DNA of 64,000 nt from Gammaproteobacteria bacterium (GTDB lineage Bacteria > Pseudomonadota > Gammaproteobacteria > Natronospirales > REEB76), in the NCBI GenBank assembly GCA_049591615.1, contig JBAWFD010000048.1, forward strand, positions 213 through 64,212, written 5' to 3'. The notes under the pieces are model-generated. The model was not told the origin of the DNA, searched no databases, and saw nothing but the letters and a program-made list of their open reading frames with translations. The position numbers and the translations under genes are program-made. Of this stretch, positions 30,348-39,053 are shown in pieces. How positions within the stretch are numbered: position 1 is the first letter of the stretch; the number at the start of each line of letters is the position of its first letter.

Positions 30348-30637
30348 GAGCGTTCTTCGAGGCTGCGGTATTGGGCGCCTTGCGACGACCGCTGTGTTCG
30401 GCCACCACTGCTGAATATGCTGCCCTGGGATGTTTGGCCGGACTGCTAGGCGCCCTGGCCGCTTCCCTGGTGGCCCGGCTGCTCGCAACCCGCGTGTTCT
30501 CGTCGCCCTATTACACCGATTGGCGCGTGTGTTTCATCGGCATTATCGCCGGAACCTTGATCGTCGGTTTGAGTAGATTACTGGTTAACCGGCGCATCCT
30601 GAACACGCCACCAGTTGAGACATTACGGACAACTTAA
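30344..30637 (+). pseudogene. Orphan 3' fragment of a ybbP-type permease gene (last ~97 codons, open frame but no 5' part)
   Basis: The translation IRAFFEAAVLGALRRPLCSATTAEYAALGCLAGLLGALAASLVARLL...NRRILNTPPVETLRTT parallels the YbbP C-terminus RRFEAAVLRALGASRRLLRSATATEYAALGFVAGLLGALTASLVAWLL...NRRILNTPPVETLRET. Copy B has a 3-codon gap. The track lists it as ORF 30371..30637. Confidence 0.8.
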
Positions 30638-30881
30638 ATTCGGATACGAAACGCAGTTAATACCTACAGCCACATTTCCGCTTCCGACTGCGATTTCAAC
30701 GGATTGATGCGGCCCTTCAAGCCACACTCTGGCACACATCGATGATGTATGCAGTTGCGGTGTCCATTTCATTGCCATGAGCTGGGAACTGGTCTCTCAT
30801 CTGAACCCAGCAATTGGTCCGTTGTTCTCGCAGCACGGGCCAAAGTGGCATTAACGAATGGGAAGTAGCGCGTATAATAGG

Positions 30882-31574
30882 TTACGCAAACTGCCGGCGT
30901 ACCACTCCTCCGAGCACATGAACGATTTCTTGCAGATGCTCTTCATCGAGTTCCTTCCAACGGAGCCGCCGCAGCAAAGCATGGCGTCCGGTGCAGAAGA
31001 TAAATACTTGCCCAAGCACCATCTGAACTTCAATTCCCACGCGACTATCGTCGGGGTGCAAGTCGCGTAATGCTCCGACCAATTGCGAGTACGTCGCGCT
31101 CACGGGTGCCATGAAACCCGTATACAGGATATCAAAGGCTTCAGTCGGCTGTATCTGTTCACGCATAATGAATAACCCGATGGAGACACGATCAGGAGAC
31201 AGACAGACAGAACGGATCATGCTCGTCATGAGCGCAATCAATAGTTCCACAAGCTCAGGCTTATTGGATTTCACCTGCCCAAATCGGCTATTGATTTCTT
31301 CAGTAGCCTGTAAAAACTCCGCACCGATCATCGAGACAATTTGTCGTGCTACGGCAAGGTAGGTCCCGTCTTTCGAGCCGAAATGGTAGGGGATTGCCGC
31401 CAGATTCACGCCGGCTTCGCGAGCCAGCGCCCGAGTCGATACACCCTCATGCCCATGGCGGCCAAACAACCGAAGCCCCGCGCTCAGCAGGCAGCGTCGT
31501 GTCTCGACGCCGCGCACATCGGTGGTTTCGGGAACAAAGTGGCGTTTGCTCGTTCGATGGCGCTTCAGGATCAT
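30882..31574 (-). CDS. TetR/AcrR family transcriptional regulator
   Basis: HTH sequence STRALAREAGVNLAAIPYHFGSKDG. The track ORF begins at TTG 31625. I prefer ATG 31574 (MILKRHR...), which leaves a 113-bp divergent promoter region. Confidence 0.8.
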   Translation of the reverse strand: MILKRHRTSKRHFVPETTDVRGVETRRCLLSAGLRLFGRHGHEGVSTRALAREAGVNLAAIPYHFGSKDGTYLAVARQIVSMIGAEFLQATEEINSRFGQVKSNKPELVELLIALMTSMIRSVCLSPDRVSIGLFIMREQIQPTEAFDILYTGFMAPVSATYSQLVGALRDLHPDDSRVGIEVQMVLGQVFIFCTGRHALLRRLRWKELDEEHLQEIVHVLGGVVRRQFA

Positions 31575-31612
31575 GATCTTGAAAGTAGGTTCATCAAAAT
31601 TTAATCTAACAG

Positions 31613-31648
31613 TTGACTTAATCAATCGAATGAATATTATACTATTCA
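31613..31648 (+). promoter_or_regulatory. Candidate sigma70 promoter (TTGACT-16 nt-TATTAT) overlapped by inverted repeat TGAATA-N6-TATTCA (31631-31648), a possible TetR operator
   Basis: Read from the sequence. It sits between the divergent TetR gene and the efflux operon. Confidence 0.35.
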
Positions 31649-31687
31649 GGAACCATATACAAATTACTTCTCGGAAGGAGCGCTGCT

Positions 31688-33241
31688 ATGATGCGCCAAT
31701 CCTGGTATCCCCGTTTCAGGCTGGCCGTAACGATCCTTTGTGCGGCCACTCTGACGTTGTCAGCCTGTGCGGCCGGACCCGATTTTCAGCCACCGGCCGC
31801 CCCGCCGGCCACGGCCGTGGCTGCACCTGCAAGCACGGCCACGCAAGCGACTCCGGTGCCCGGCGGTGGATCCCAGTGGTTCACACCTGGCATGCGGATT
31901 CAAGCGGACTGGTACCGATTATTCCAGTCTCCTGCCTTGGATGTATTGATTGCTAAGGCGCTTGAGAACAACCCCTCAATCGAAGCTGCCCAGGCGCATC
32001 TCCGCCAGGCGCGCCACGAGCTCGAAGCCGCCGACGGGGTTCGCTATCCCAGCGTCGATGCCCAAATCGGCGTCACCCGGGAGCGCAACAACGGCGCCAT
32101 CCTCGGGCTTGGGGGCCCGCAATTAGCCAATGTCTTCAATCTATACACGGCGGGGCTGTCACTCAATTACGACTTGGATCTCTTCGGCGCCAATCAGCGC
32201 GGCATTGAAGCGCAATCCGCCCGGGTCGAGTCTCAGCACTATGCCCTGCTCGGCACGTACCTGACCTTGATTGACAACCTGGTGGTGACCGCACTTAACG
32301 CGGCGGATATTGAAGACCGAATTACCGCCACGCGCCACATCATTACCAACGAGCAAGCCCAACTCAAACTGATTGCGGGGCTGGAACAGGCGGGCACCGT
32401 CTCGCATGCGGATGTCCTGCGCGCCGAGGCTCAGCTTGCCACTGTCAAAGCAACACTGCCGCCTCTTAGGCAAGCACTCGCTGTTCAGCACACGCAACTT
32501 GCGATCCTGTCCGGTATTGATCCAGGCGAATTCGCACCGCCCGCATTAAGTCTGAAGGACTTCACCTTGCCCCGCACCCTGCCCTACAGCGTCCCGTCTG
32601 AATTGGTACGCCAACGGCCCGACATTCTCGAAGCTGAGAGTGACTTGCATGTGGCGAGCGCTGAGGTGGGTGTTGCGACCGCTAACCTCTATCCTCATTT
32701 GACCTTGAGCGCGAGTTATGGTGTACAGGGCAATGACCGCGGCACGCTTTTCGATGCGCCGTCCCGGGTCTGGTCTATCGGCGGGTCTTTGCTGGCTCCG
32801 CTGTTCCATGGTGAAGCCCTGCATGCGCAACGAAATGCGGCAGTCGATGCTTATGACGCAGCCTACGCACAATACCGGGCGACGGTGTTGCAGGCCTTCG
32901 GTCAAGTCACTAATACTTTGAATGCCATTGACAACGATGCAGACGCGCTGCGCTCACAGCACGACGCACTGGTGGCCGCCCAGGCGAGCCGTCAGCTGGT
33001 TGAGGCCCAATACCGCGTCGGCGCCGCGAACTACCTCGATGTTCTGACGACCGAACAACAATACGATCAAACGGATATTGCCTATCTCGCCGCCTTCGGT
33101 GAGCGCTATGTGGATACTGCTGAGTTATACCAGACCCTGGGCGGTGGCTGGTGGAATGCCAAACCTAAGGAATCGATCGCAAACGTTGCGACCACAGTGT
33201 CGAACTCCACGCGGCCAGCGGCACGCTTACCTCAATCCTGA
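31688..33241 (+). CDS. Efflux outer-membrane lipoprotein, NodT/OprM family
   Basis: It has a lipobox (TLSAC) and two OEP repeats. It is the first gene of the OMF-MFP-MFS operon. Confidence 0.9.
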   Translation: MMRQSWYPRFRLAVTILCAATLTLSACAAGPDFQPPAAPPATAVAAPASTATQATPVPGGGSQWFTPGMRIQADWYRLFQSPALDVLIAKALENNPSIEAAQAHLRQARHELEAADGVRYPSVDAQIGVTRERNNGAILGLGGPQLANVFNLYTAGLSLNYDLDLFGANQRGIEAQSARVESQHYALLGTYLTLIDNLVVTALNAADIEDRITATRHIITNEQAQLKLIAGLEQAGTVSHADVLRAEAQLATVKATLPPLRQALAVQHTQLAILSGIDPGEFAPPALSLKDFTLPRTLPYSVPSELVRQRPDILEAESDLHVASAEVGVATANLYPHLTLSASYGVQGNDRGTLFDAPSRVWSIGGSLLAPLFHGEALHAQRNAAVDAYDAAYAQYRATVLQAFGQVTNTLNAIDNDADALRSQHDALVAAQASRQLVEAQYRVGAANYLDVLTTEQQYDQTDIAYLAAFGERYVDTAELYQTLGGGWWNAKPKESIANVATTVSNSTRPAARLPQS

Positions 33242-33285
33242 CGCCATCAAAGCTGGCAGATCTTCGGCGCATACGGGAGGTTTCT

Positions 33286-34506
33286 ATGTCTGAATCTCTG
33301 AAAGACACGACCAACGCATCTGCAAATGCGCCAGTGAACAACAACACTGCAAGGCGGCGCAAACCGCTGCTGATCCTCGCGGCCGTCGTGCTTTTGGCCA
33401 TCATCAGCTACGGGCTGTACTGGGCGGTGTGGGGACGGTTTCACACTGACACCGACGACGCGTACGTAAATGGGAATATCGTAACCGTGGCACCCCAGGT
33501 CGCTGGCACCGTCATACAGATTGATGCGGACGACACGCAACTTATAAATCGGGGTGATCCCCTAGTCCAGCTCGATCCTACCGATGCCAGAATCGCGCTG
33601 CAAAAAGCAGAAGCGAGTCTCGGTCAAGCGGTGCGGCAAGTACGCAGCCTGTATGCTAATGCCCGTGAACTGCACTCCGCCGTTCATGATCGCCAGATCG
33701 CGCTCCAGCAGGCACTCGCCGACTATCGGCGTGCCGAGGATCTGAAAAAGATCCGCGGCATTTCGACCCAAGATTTCCAGCACGCCCAGACCGCTTATCA
33801 ATCAGCCGAATCGGCGCTGAACCAAACCCAACATCAGCTCTCCGCAACTCTGGCGGCGGTTTCCAATACAACGCTCGAAACCCATCCAGCGGTGAAACTC
33901 GCTGAAGCCCAATTGCGCGATGCCTACCTTGCACTGAAGCGGACTACGGTGCTGTCGCCGGTTACCGGCTATGTGGCTAACCGCGCGGTGCAGCTGGGTC
34001 AACAGGTGACGCCCGGCACGGCGATGCTCGCGGTGATTCCGTTAAACGAAGTATGGGTGGACGCCAACTTCAAAGAAACCGAACTCGCCCACGTCCGCAT
34101 CGGCCAGCCGGTGCGTCTCGAATCCGATTTGTACGGCGGCTCGGCCGTATATCACGGCCATGTGGTGGGACTGGCTCCAGGAACCGGGAATGCTTTCGCA
34201 CTCCTGCCGCCGCAAAATGCGACCGGAAACTGGATCAAGGTGGTGCAGCGATTGCCGGTGCGCATTGCACTCGATCCCAAGGAATTCGTTCAACATCCGC
34301 TGCGTCTAGGACTCACCATGAACGTAAGTGTGAACACCCGTGATCAAGGTGGCCCGCTGCTGGCTCCCACGCCGGTCACCCGTCCGGATTACACGACTAA
34401 CGTCTATGAGAACCAGAGCACCGGCGTACAAGCCTTGATTCAAACCATCATCCGCCGCAATGCATCCACTGTCGCGCGGACCCGCTCGGTAGCCCGCCCT
34501 CACTAG
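33286..34506 (+). CDS. emrA: HlyD/EmrA-family membrane fusion protein
   Basis: It has an N-terminal TM segment, TDDAYVNGN, a coiled coil and a beta-barrel C-terminus typical of EmrA. Confidence 0.9.
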   Translation: MSESLKDTTNASANAPVNNNTARRRKPLLILAAVVLLAIISYGLYWAVWGRFHTDTDDAYVNGNIVTVAPQVAGTVIQIDADDTQLINRGDPLVQLDPTDARIALQKAEASLGQAVRQVRSLYANARELHSAVHDRQIALQQALADYRRAEDLKKIRGISTQDFQHAQTAYQSAESALNQTQHQLSATLAAVSNTTLETHPAVKLAEAQLRDAYLALKRTTVLSPVTGYVANRAVQLGQQVTPGTAMLAVIPLNEVWVDANFKETELAHVRIGQPVRLESDLYGGSAVYHGHVVGLAPGTGNAFALLPPQNATGNWIKVVQRLPVRIALDPKEFVQHPLRLGLTMNVSVNTRDQGGPLLAPTPVTRPDYTTNVYENQSTGVQALIQTIIRRNASTVARTRSVARPH

Positions 34507-34518
34507 CAACCGTGACCT

Positions 34519-36120
34519 ATGAGTACCGATAATCTCAGTGTAGCGGCAATACCCGCGCCGCGCGCCCAGATTAACCCGTGGCTGGTGGCCCCGGTAGTGG
34601 CCATGGCCGCCTTCATGGAGGTGCTGGACATCTCCATCGCCAACGTCGCGCTGCAACACATCGCCGGATCGTTGGCCGCGTCCGTCGATGAATCCACGTG
34701 GGTGCTCACCTCCTATACGGTCACCAATGTGATCGTGGTTCCCATCAGCGGCTGGCTTTCATCCGTCATGGGACGCAAGCGTTATTTCCTGGCGAGTATT
34801 GCTGGATTCACCGTAAGTTCCATGCTCTGTGGGCTTGCGCCGACCCTGGGGATCCTAGTGCTGTTCCGCGCTCTCCAAGGCATTTCCGGCGGCGGTTTGC
34901 AGCCAGCGTCCCAAGCGATTCTCTCAGATGCCTTCCCGCCTGCAAAACGCGGTGTTGCCTTCGCTATGTACGGCCTGGCGGTGGTATTCGCACCCGCCAT
35001 TGGTCCCACGCTCGGTGGCTGGATTACAGATCACATCGGATGGCGCTGGGTGTTTCTTATCAATATCCCGGTGGGAGTTATCGTGTTCACTCTGGTAGAA
35101 GCTCTGGTGCAGGATCCCGAGTACATGGTCAAGGCGCGCGCGGAGCGACGCCGACAAGGTCTTAGGGTCGATTACATCGGCTTTAGCCTTTTGGCTATCG
35201 GACTCGCCTGCATGCAGTTCGTGCTTGATCGGGGCCAACAGGACGACTGGTTCGCCTCCCACCTGATCCTAATTCTGGGCTCCGTGAGCGCAATCGGTCT
35301 AATCGCCTTCGTGATCTGGGAACTGAACGAACGCGATCCGTTAGTGGACTTGCACCTCTTACGAAATCGCAATTTTGCCATCGCCAATCTCCAGATGCTC
35401 GCCTTGGGCGCAGTGTTGCTCGCGAGCATTGTGCTGATACCGATCTATGTGCAGGAGCTCTTGGGTTACACCGCTACGGATGCCGGTCTGGTGCTAACGC
35501 CGGGTGGGCTTGCCCTGGTTCTTTTTATGCCCATCATGGGCCAGCTGGTGACAAAAATCGACGTGCGTGCGCTGATTGGATTCGGGTTTTTACTCGCAGG
35601 CTTATCGATGTTGTACGCGGTGAATTTCGACACCACCACAGCCTACAGCACGATCATGTGGAATCGAGTGATATTCTCCATCTCGCTCGCATTTCTGTTT
35701 ATCCCCATCAACGTCGCGGCCTATGCAGGACTGCCGATCGAAAAATCGAGCAATGCCTCTGCGCTGATCAATATGTCACGCAACTTGGGTAGCAGTATCG
35801 GCATATCACTCGCAACCGCGTGGCTATCGCGCCGTGCCCAGTACCATCAAAGCCTCCTGGTGCAGCAGGTTAACAACTTCAATCCCAATTATCACCAAGC
35901 GGTGCAGGGCTTGTCGCATCTGTTCGCTAGCGTATCCCAGGGTGCATCACAGGCGATGGCCAAGGCTAATGGCGCGATTTACGAGACGATCGTCCAGCAA
36001 GCCAACATGCTCGCATTCCTCGACGATTTCAAAGCTTTGGCGATCTGTGCGCTGGCTTTGGTCCCCCTGGCATTCCTGCTTAAAAAAGCCAGTGCAGCAG
36101 GTCCAACGGCAAGTCACTGA
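34519..36120 (+). CDS. emrB: DHA2-family (14-TM) MFS multidrug exporter, EmrB-like
   Basis: FMEVLDISIANVALQHIAGSL, GWLSSVMGRKRYF and ALQGISGGGL are MFS DHA2 motifs. Confidence 0.9.
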   Translation: MSTDNLSVAAIPAPRAQINPWLVAPVVAMAAFMEVLDISIANVALQHIAGSLAASVDESTWVLTSYTVTNVIVVPISGWLSSVMGRKRYFLASIAGFTVSSMLCGLAPTLGILVLFRALQGISGGGLQPASQAILSDAFPPAKRGVAFAMYGLAVVFAPAIGPTLGGWITDHIGWRWVFLINIPVGVIVFTLVEALVQDPEYMVKARAERRRQGLRVDYIGFSLLAIGLACMQFVLDRGQQDDWFASHLILILGSVSAIGLIAFVIWELNERDPLVDLHLLRNRNFAIANLQMLALGAVLLASIVLIPIYVQELLGYTATDAGLVLTPGGLALVLFMPIMGQLVTKIDVRALIGFGFLLAGLSMLYAVNFDTTTAYSTIMWNRVIFSISLAFLFIPINVAAYAGLPIEKSSNASALINMSRNLGSSIGISLATAWLSRRAQYHQSLLVQQVNNFNPNYHQAVQGLSHLFASVSQGASQAMAKANGAIYETIVQQANMLAFLDDFKALAICALALVPLAFLLKKASAAGPTASH

Positions 36121-36322
36121 GTTGCGAGCGACGCAATCACGTTAGCACGCCGTTATCCTGGATCGGTAACTGTATATGTGATCAAAGCACATATCCGCTC
36201 TTAAGGGAGGGGGTAATGCGGAACTTCTGTCGGCGATAATCACCCGTTGTTGGACAAAGATGAATGCCGGCTTCTGGATGGGTGCGTCCTATGGGGTTGC
36301 GCAAACACCCCTATCGGCCTAC

Positions 36323-36362
36323 GAAAAGAAACAGTCCTGCTGGGCATCTGTCTGCCCAGCAG
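36323..36362 (-). terminator. Rho-independent terminator after the MAPEG gene
   Basis: A 10-bp stem CTGCTGGGCA/TGCCCAGCAG (36337-36362) with a 6-nt loop. On the minus strand it is followed by TGTTTCTTTTC. Confidence 0.6.
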
Positions 36363-36373
36363 AGTTGCAAGTT

Positions 36374-36763
36374 CTAAAACAGGGAGATCAGAAGCAATAT
36401 CAATCCCACCAAACTCACGGCCCACGCCAGGGTACGCAGGTAGATGATGCCGGCCATGTAGACGAACAGATAAACCAGCCTCGCCCAGAAATACAGTTGC
36501 GCACCCCAAAGGGTCAGGCTGTCGTGATGATTCAAGACGGCCCCCAATAGGATCAGGGCTGCGAAGAACGGAAATGTCTCACGGAAGTTATGAAACGCCC
36601 GAACGGTGCGCCCACCGAGACCTTCCAGGGGTGGCATGATCTTATCGCGGTTACTAAACGCCCAGCTCATCCCGTATTTTTGTGTATTAAAGGTCGCAGC
36701 CAATAACATTTGTACCAACCCCAACACCACGGTGAACAACAGCATCTGCATTTCAGTATTCAT
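36374..36763 (-). CDS. MAPEG family membrane protein
   Basis: 129 aa with 4 TM segments. RAFHNFRETFPFF is MAPEG-like. Confidence 0.7.
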   Translation of the reverse strand: MNTEMQMLLFTVVLGLVQMLLAATFNTQKYGMSWAFSNRDKIMPPLEGLGGRTVRAFHNFRETFPFFAALILLGAVLNHHDSLTLWGAQLYFWARLVYLFVYMAGIIYLRTLAWAVSLVGLILLLISLF

Positions 36764-36912
36764 TTAGCACTCCCCATAGGTAGTAAATAACACGGGCATC
36801 GGAAGACCTGATAAGTGTTCCATAAATCCAAATCAGTATCGGCTTAAAACAACACGCTGCATAACGCTTTACTTATCAGTGGGTTGCGAGCCTTAGACTT
36901 TATGCAGATACC

Positions 36913-37869
36913 TTAGGCGACGCGATTGCGTTTCTCGCCTTTCTTGAAAGCTTCAATATTCAATGCCACCTCAGTGACCACGCGCTGACGTGCTTCACGC
37001 GTAGCCCAGGCGATGTGTGGCGTTATGATGAGATTTGGGATTCCGGGAGTTAATAAAGGATTGCCGTGCACTGGCGGTTCTTCGGAGAGCACGTCGATTC
37101 CCGCACCACCCAGCTTGCCGGCCTTGAGTGCATCCGCCAAGGCCTGTTCATCGACGATGCCGCCACGCGCGCAGTTGATGAGCAGTGCATCGGGCTTCAT
37201 GAGCGCCAACTCAGCCCCGCCGATGAGATCGCGCGTGTCCCGCAACAGCGGTACGTGGATGGTGAGCGCGTCCACCTGCGTCAGCAGTTCTTTAAGCGGT
37301 AGCCGGCCGGGGCGCTTATCCTCGGCATTGCGCGCGCCGATTAGTACCTGCATCCCAAAAGCTTCCGCCACTTTGGCCACCGCCTGGCCGATATCGCCGT
37401 ATCCCAGGATGCCGAGCTTCTTTCCGGCAAGTTCGCGGATCGGGTAATCCAGTAAGGTGAACTGCGGGGCGCGCCGCCATGCGTCCTGCTGCAAGAGCGC
37501 TTCATATTCCTTGAGATGCTGGGTGAGGCTCAGGATAAAGGCGAAGACCTGCTGCACCACCGACTGGGTCGAATAGGCTGGCACATTGCACACGACGATG
37601 CCGCGCTGCCGCGCCGTTTCCAGATCCACGTTGTTGGTGCCGGTGGCCGCCACGCACACCAGGCGCACGCGCTTTAACTTCGACAGGACTGGCGCCGCGA
37701 GTTTTACTTTGTTGGTGATCACCACTTCGGCATCACCCACGTGCGCACTCACCTGGTCCGTCGAAGTGACGTCGAAACAGGTCAATCCCGCCAACGCTTG
37801 GCGCAGCGGCGCCAGCTCCACGTCACCCTGGTGACTGACGGTATCCAGATCCAGAAATACGCCACGCAT
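36913..37869 (-). CDS. D-isomer-specific 2-hydroxyacid dehydrogenase (glycerate/hydroxypyruvate reductase-like)
   Basis: NAD-binding motif GILGYGDIGQAVA and catalytic region INCARGGIVDE...ITPHIAW. Confidence 0.85.
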   Translation of the reverse strand: MRGVFLDLDTVSHQGDVELAPLRQALAGLTCFDVTSTDQVSAHVGDAEVVITNKVKLAAPVLSKLKRVRLVCVAATGTNNVDLETARQRGIVVCNVPAYSTQSVVQQVFAFILSLTQHLKEYEALLQQDAWRRAPQFTLLDYPIRELAGKKLGILGYGDIGQAVAKVAEAFGMQVLIGARNAEDKRPGRLPLKELLTQVDALTIHVPLLRDTRDLIGGAELALMKPDALLINCARGGIVDEQALADALKAGKLGGAGIDVLSEEPPVHGNPLLTPGIPNLIITPHIAWATREARQRVVTEVALNIEAFKKGEKRNRVA

Positions 37870-37946
37870 CGGCCTATTCTCCCGTGACTGGGTGGCTAAG
37901 GTAAACTGCCGGGCACAATATAAAGCGTTGCGGGAAGTATCTTGTC

Positions 37947-38570
37947 ATGTACACGCCTGATTCTTTCAAGGTGGAAGAGCTGGCCCGCCTGCACGCGATG
38001 CTGCGCCGCTATCCCTTCGCGCTGTTATTGACAACGAATGCTGAAAGTATACAAGCGACCCATCTACCGTTCATGATCGATGCGGAGCGCGGCCCGCAAG
38101 GCACGCTGCTGGGGCATATGGCACGCGCCAATCCCCACTGGCAGCTCTTCGATGGCCGGCGTGAAGCGCTGGTGGTATTCACCGGGCCACACGCGTACAT
38201 CTCGCCGTCCTGGTACGCGGACAAGATCACGGTGCCCACCTGGAATTACGTCGCCATCCATGCACACGGCCGGCCGGCTATCGTCGAAGATAAACTGCGG
38301 GTGCGCGCCATGCTCGAACGCTTGGTGAGCGAACACGAAGCCTATGTGAATCCGCCCTGGAGCACAGCGCAAGCGGACGACTATGTGCAGCAGCAACTGG
38401 ATTACATCGTGGCCTTCGAGTTTGAGATCACGCGGCTGGAAGGCACGTTCAAGCTCAACCAGAACCGTTCACCTGCCGATCAGGAAGGCGTGGTGCGGGC
38501 ATTGGGCGGTAGCGACGATTCCATAAAACGCGAAATCGCCGAACTGATGCGCCAACGGCTAAAAAAGTGA
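37947..38570 (+). CDS. PaiB-family FMN-binding putative transcriptional regulator
   Basis: MYTPDSFKVEE...THLPF...GHMARANPHW is PaiB-like. Confidence 0.8.
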   Translation: MYTPDSFKVEELARLHAMLRRYPFALLLTTNAESIQATHLPFMIDAERGPQGTLLGHMARANPHWQLFDGRREALVVFTGPHAYISPSWYADKITVPTWNYVAIHAHGRPAIVEDKLRVRAMLERLVSEHEAYVNPPWSTAQADDYVQQQLDYIVAFEFEITRLEGTFKLNQNRSPADQEGVVRALGGSDDSIKREIAELMRQRLKK

Positions 38571-39041
38571 GCCTGCGTCGCTTTCAAGCTCCAGCAGTCT
38601 GCGTTTAATCTTGAGACCACCGCCAAAACCCGTGAGCGAACCGTCCGCTCCAATCACCCGATGACAGGGTACGATGATGGGGATCGGGTTCTGGCCGTTG
38701 GCCGCACCCACGGCACGCGAAGCCTTGGGCTTGCGGATGCGCCGCGCCAGCTCACCATAGGACCAGGTCTTGCCATAGGGGATGGTGCGCAGTGCGCTCC
38801 ATACCTTGAGCTGAAACTCGGTGCCCTGCGGAGCCAACGGTAAGTTGAACTCGCGCCGCGTGCCGGCGAAATACTCATGCAGTTGCGCAATCACTTTTTT
38901 GAAAGGCCGCGGATCTTCCTGCCAGTCCGGCTTGGGTTTAGTCGGATGGCTGCCATCCTGGAAACCTACCATCTGTAATCCGGTTGCATCGCCCGCCAGC
39001 AATAATTCGCCCACCGGGCTTGATAGGATGCAGTACTGCAT
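38559..39041 (-). CDS. ogt: Methylated-DNA--protein-cysteine methyltransferase
   Basis: Active-site PCHRVIG. Its 3' end overlaps the convergent PaiB-family gene by 12 nt. Confidence 0.9.
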   Translation of the reverse strand: MQYCILSSPVGELLLAGDATGLQMVGFQDGSHPTKPKPDWQEDPRPFKKVIAQLHEYFAGTRREFNLPLAPQGTEFQLKVWSALRTIPYGKTWSYGELARRIRKPKASRAVGAANGQNPIPIIVPCHRVIGADGSLTGFGGGLKIKRRLLELESDAGSLF

Positions 39042-39053
39042 ACGATTACCTCT

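Noticed and set aside
30371-30637. Track ORF of 88 aa, considered as an independent small membrane protein gene.
   Set aside because: It is colinear with the last two TM helices of YbbP, and the homology extends upstream of its TTG to a stop at 30341-30343. It has no promoter or Shine-Dalgarno sequence of its own. I treat it as a gene fragment.
30638-30881. A 51-codon minus-strand ORF (MAMKWTPQLHTSS...) and possible gene remnants between the ybbP fragment and the TetR gene.
   Set aside because: I recognise no motif in any frame, and the ORF is too short to support.
36808-36879. A 9-bp inverted repeat CTGATAAGT / ACTTATCAG with a 54-nt spacer between the 2-hydroxyacid dehydrogenase and MAPEG genes.
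   Set aside because: The loop is too long for a terminator. It is a single occurrence with no further support.
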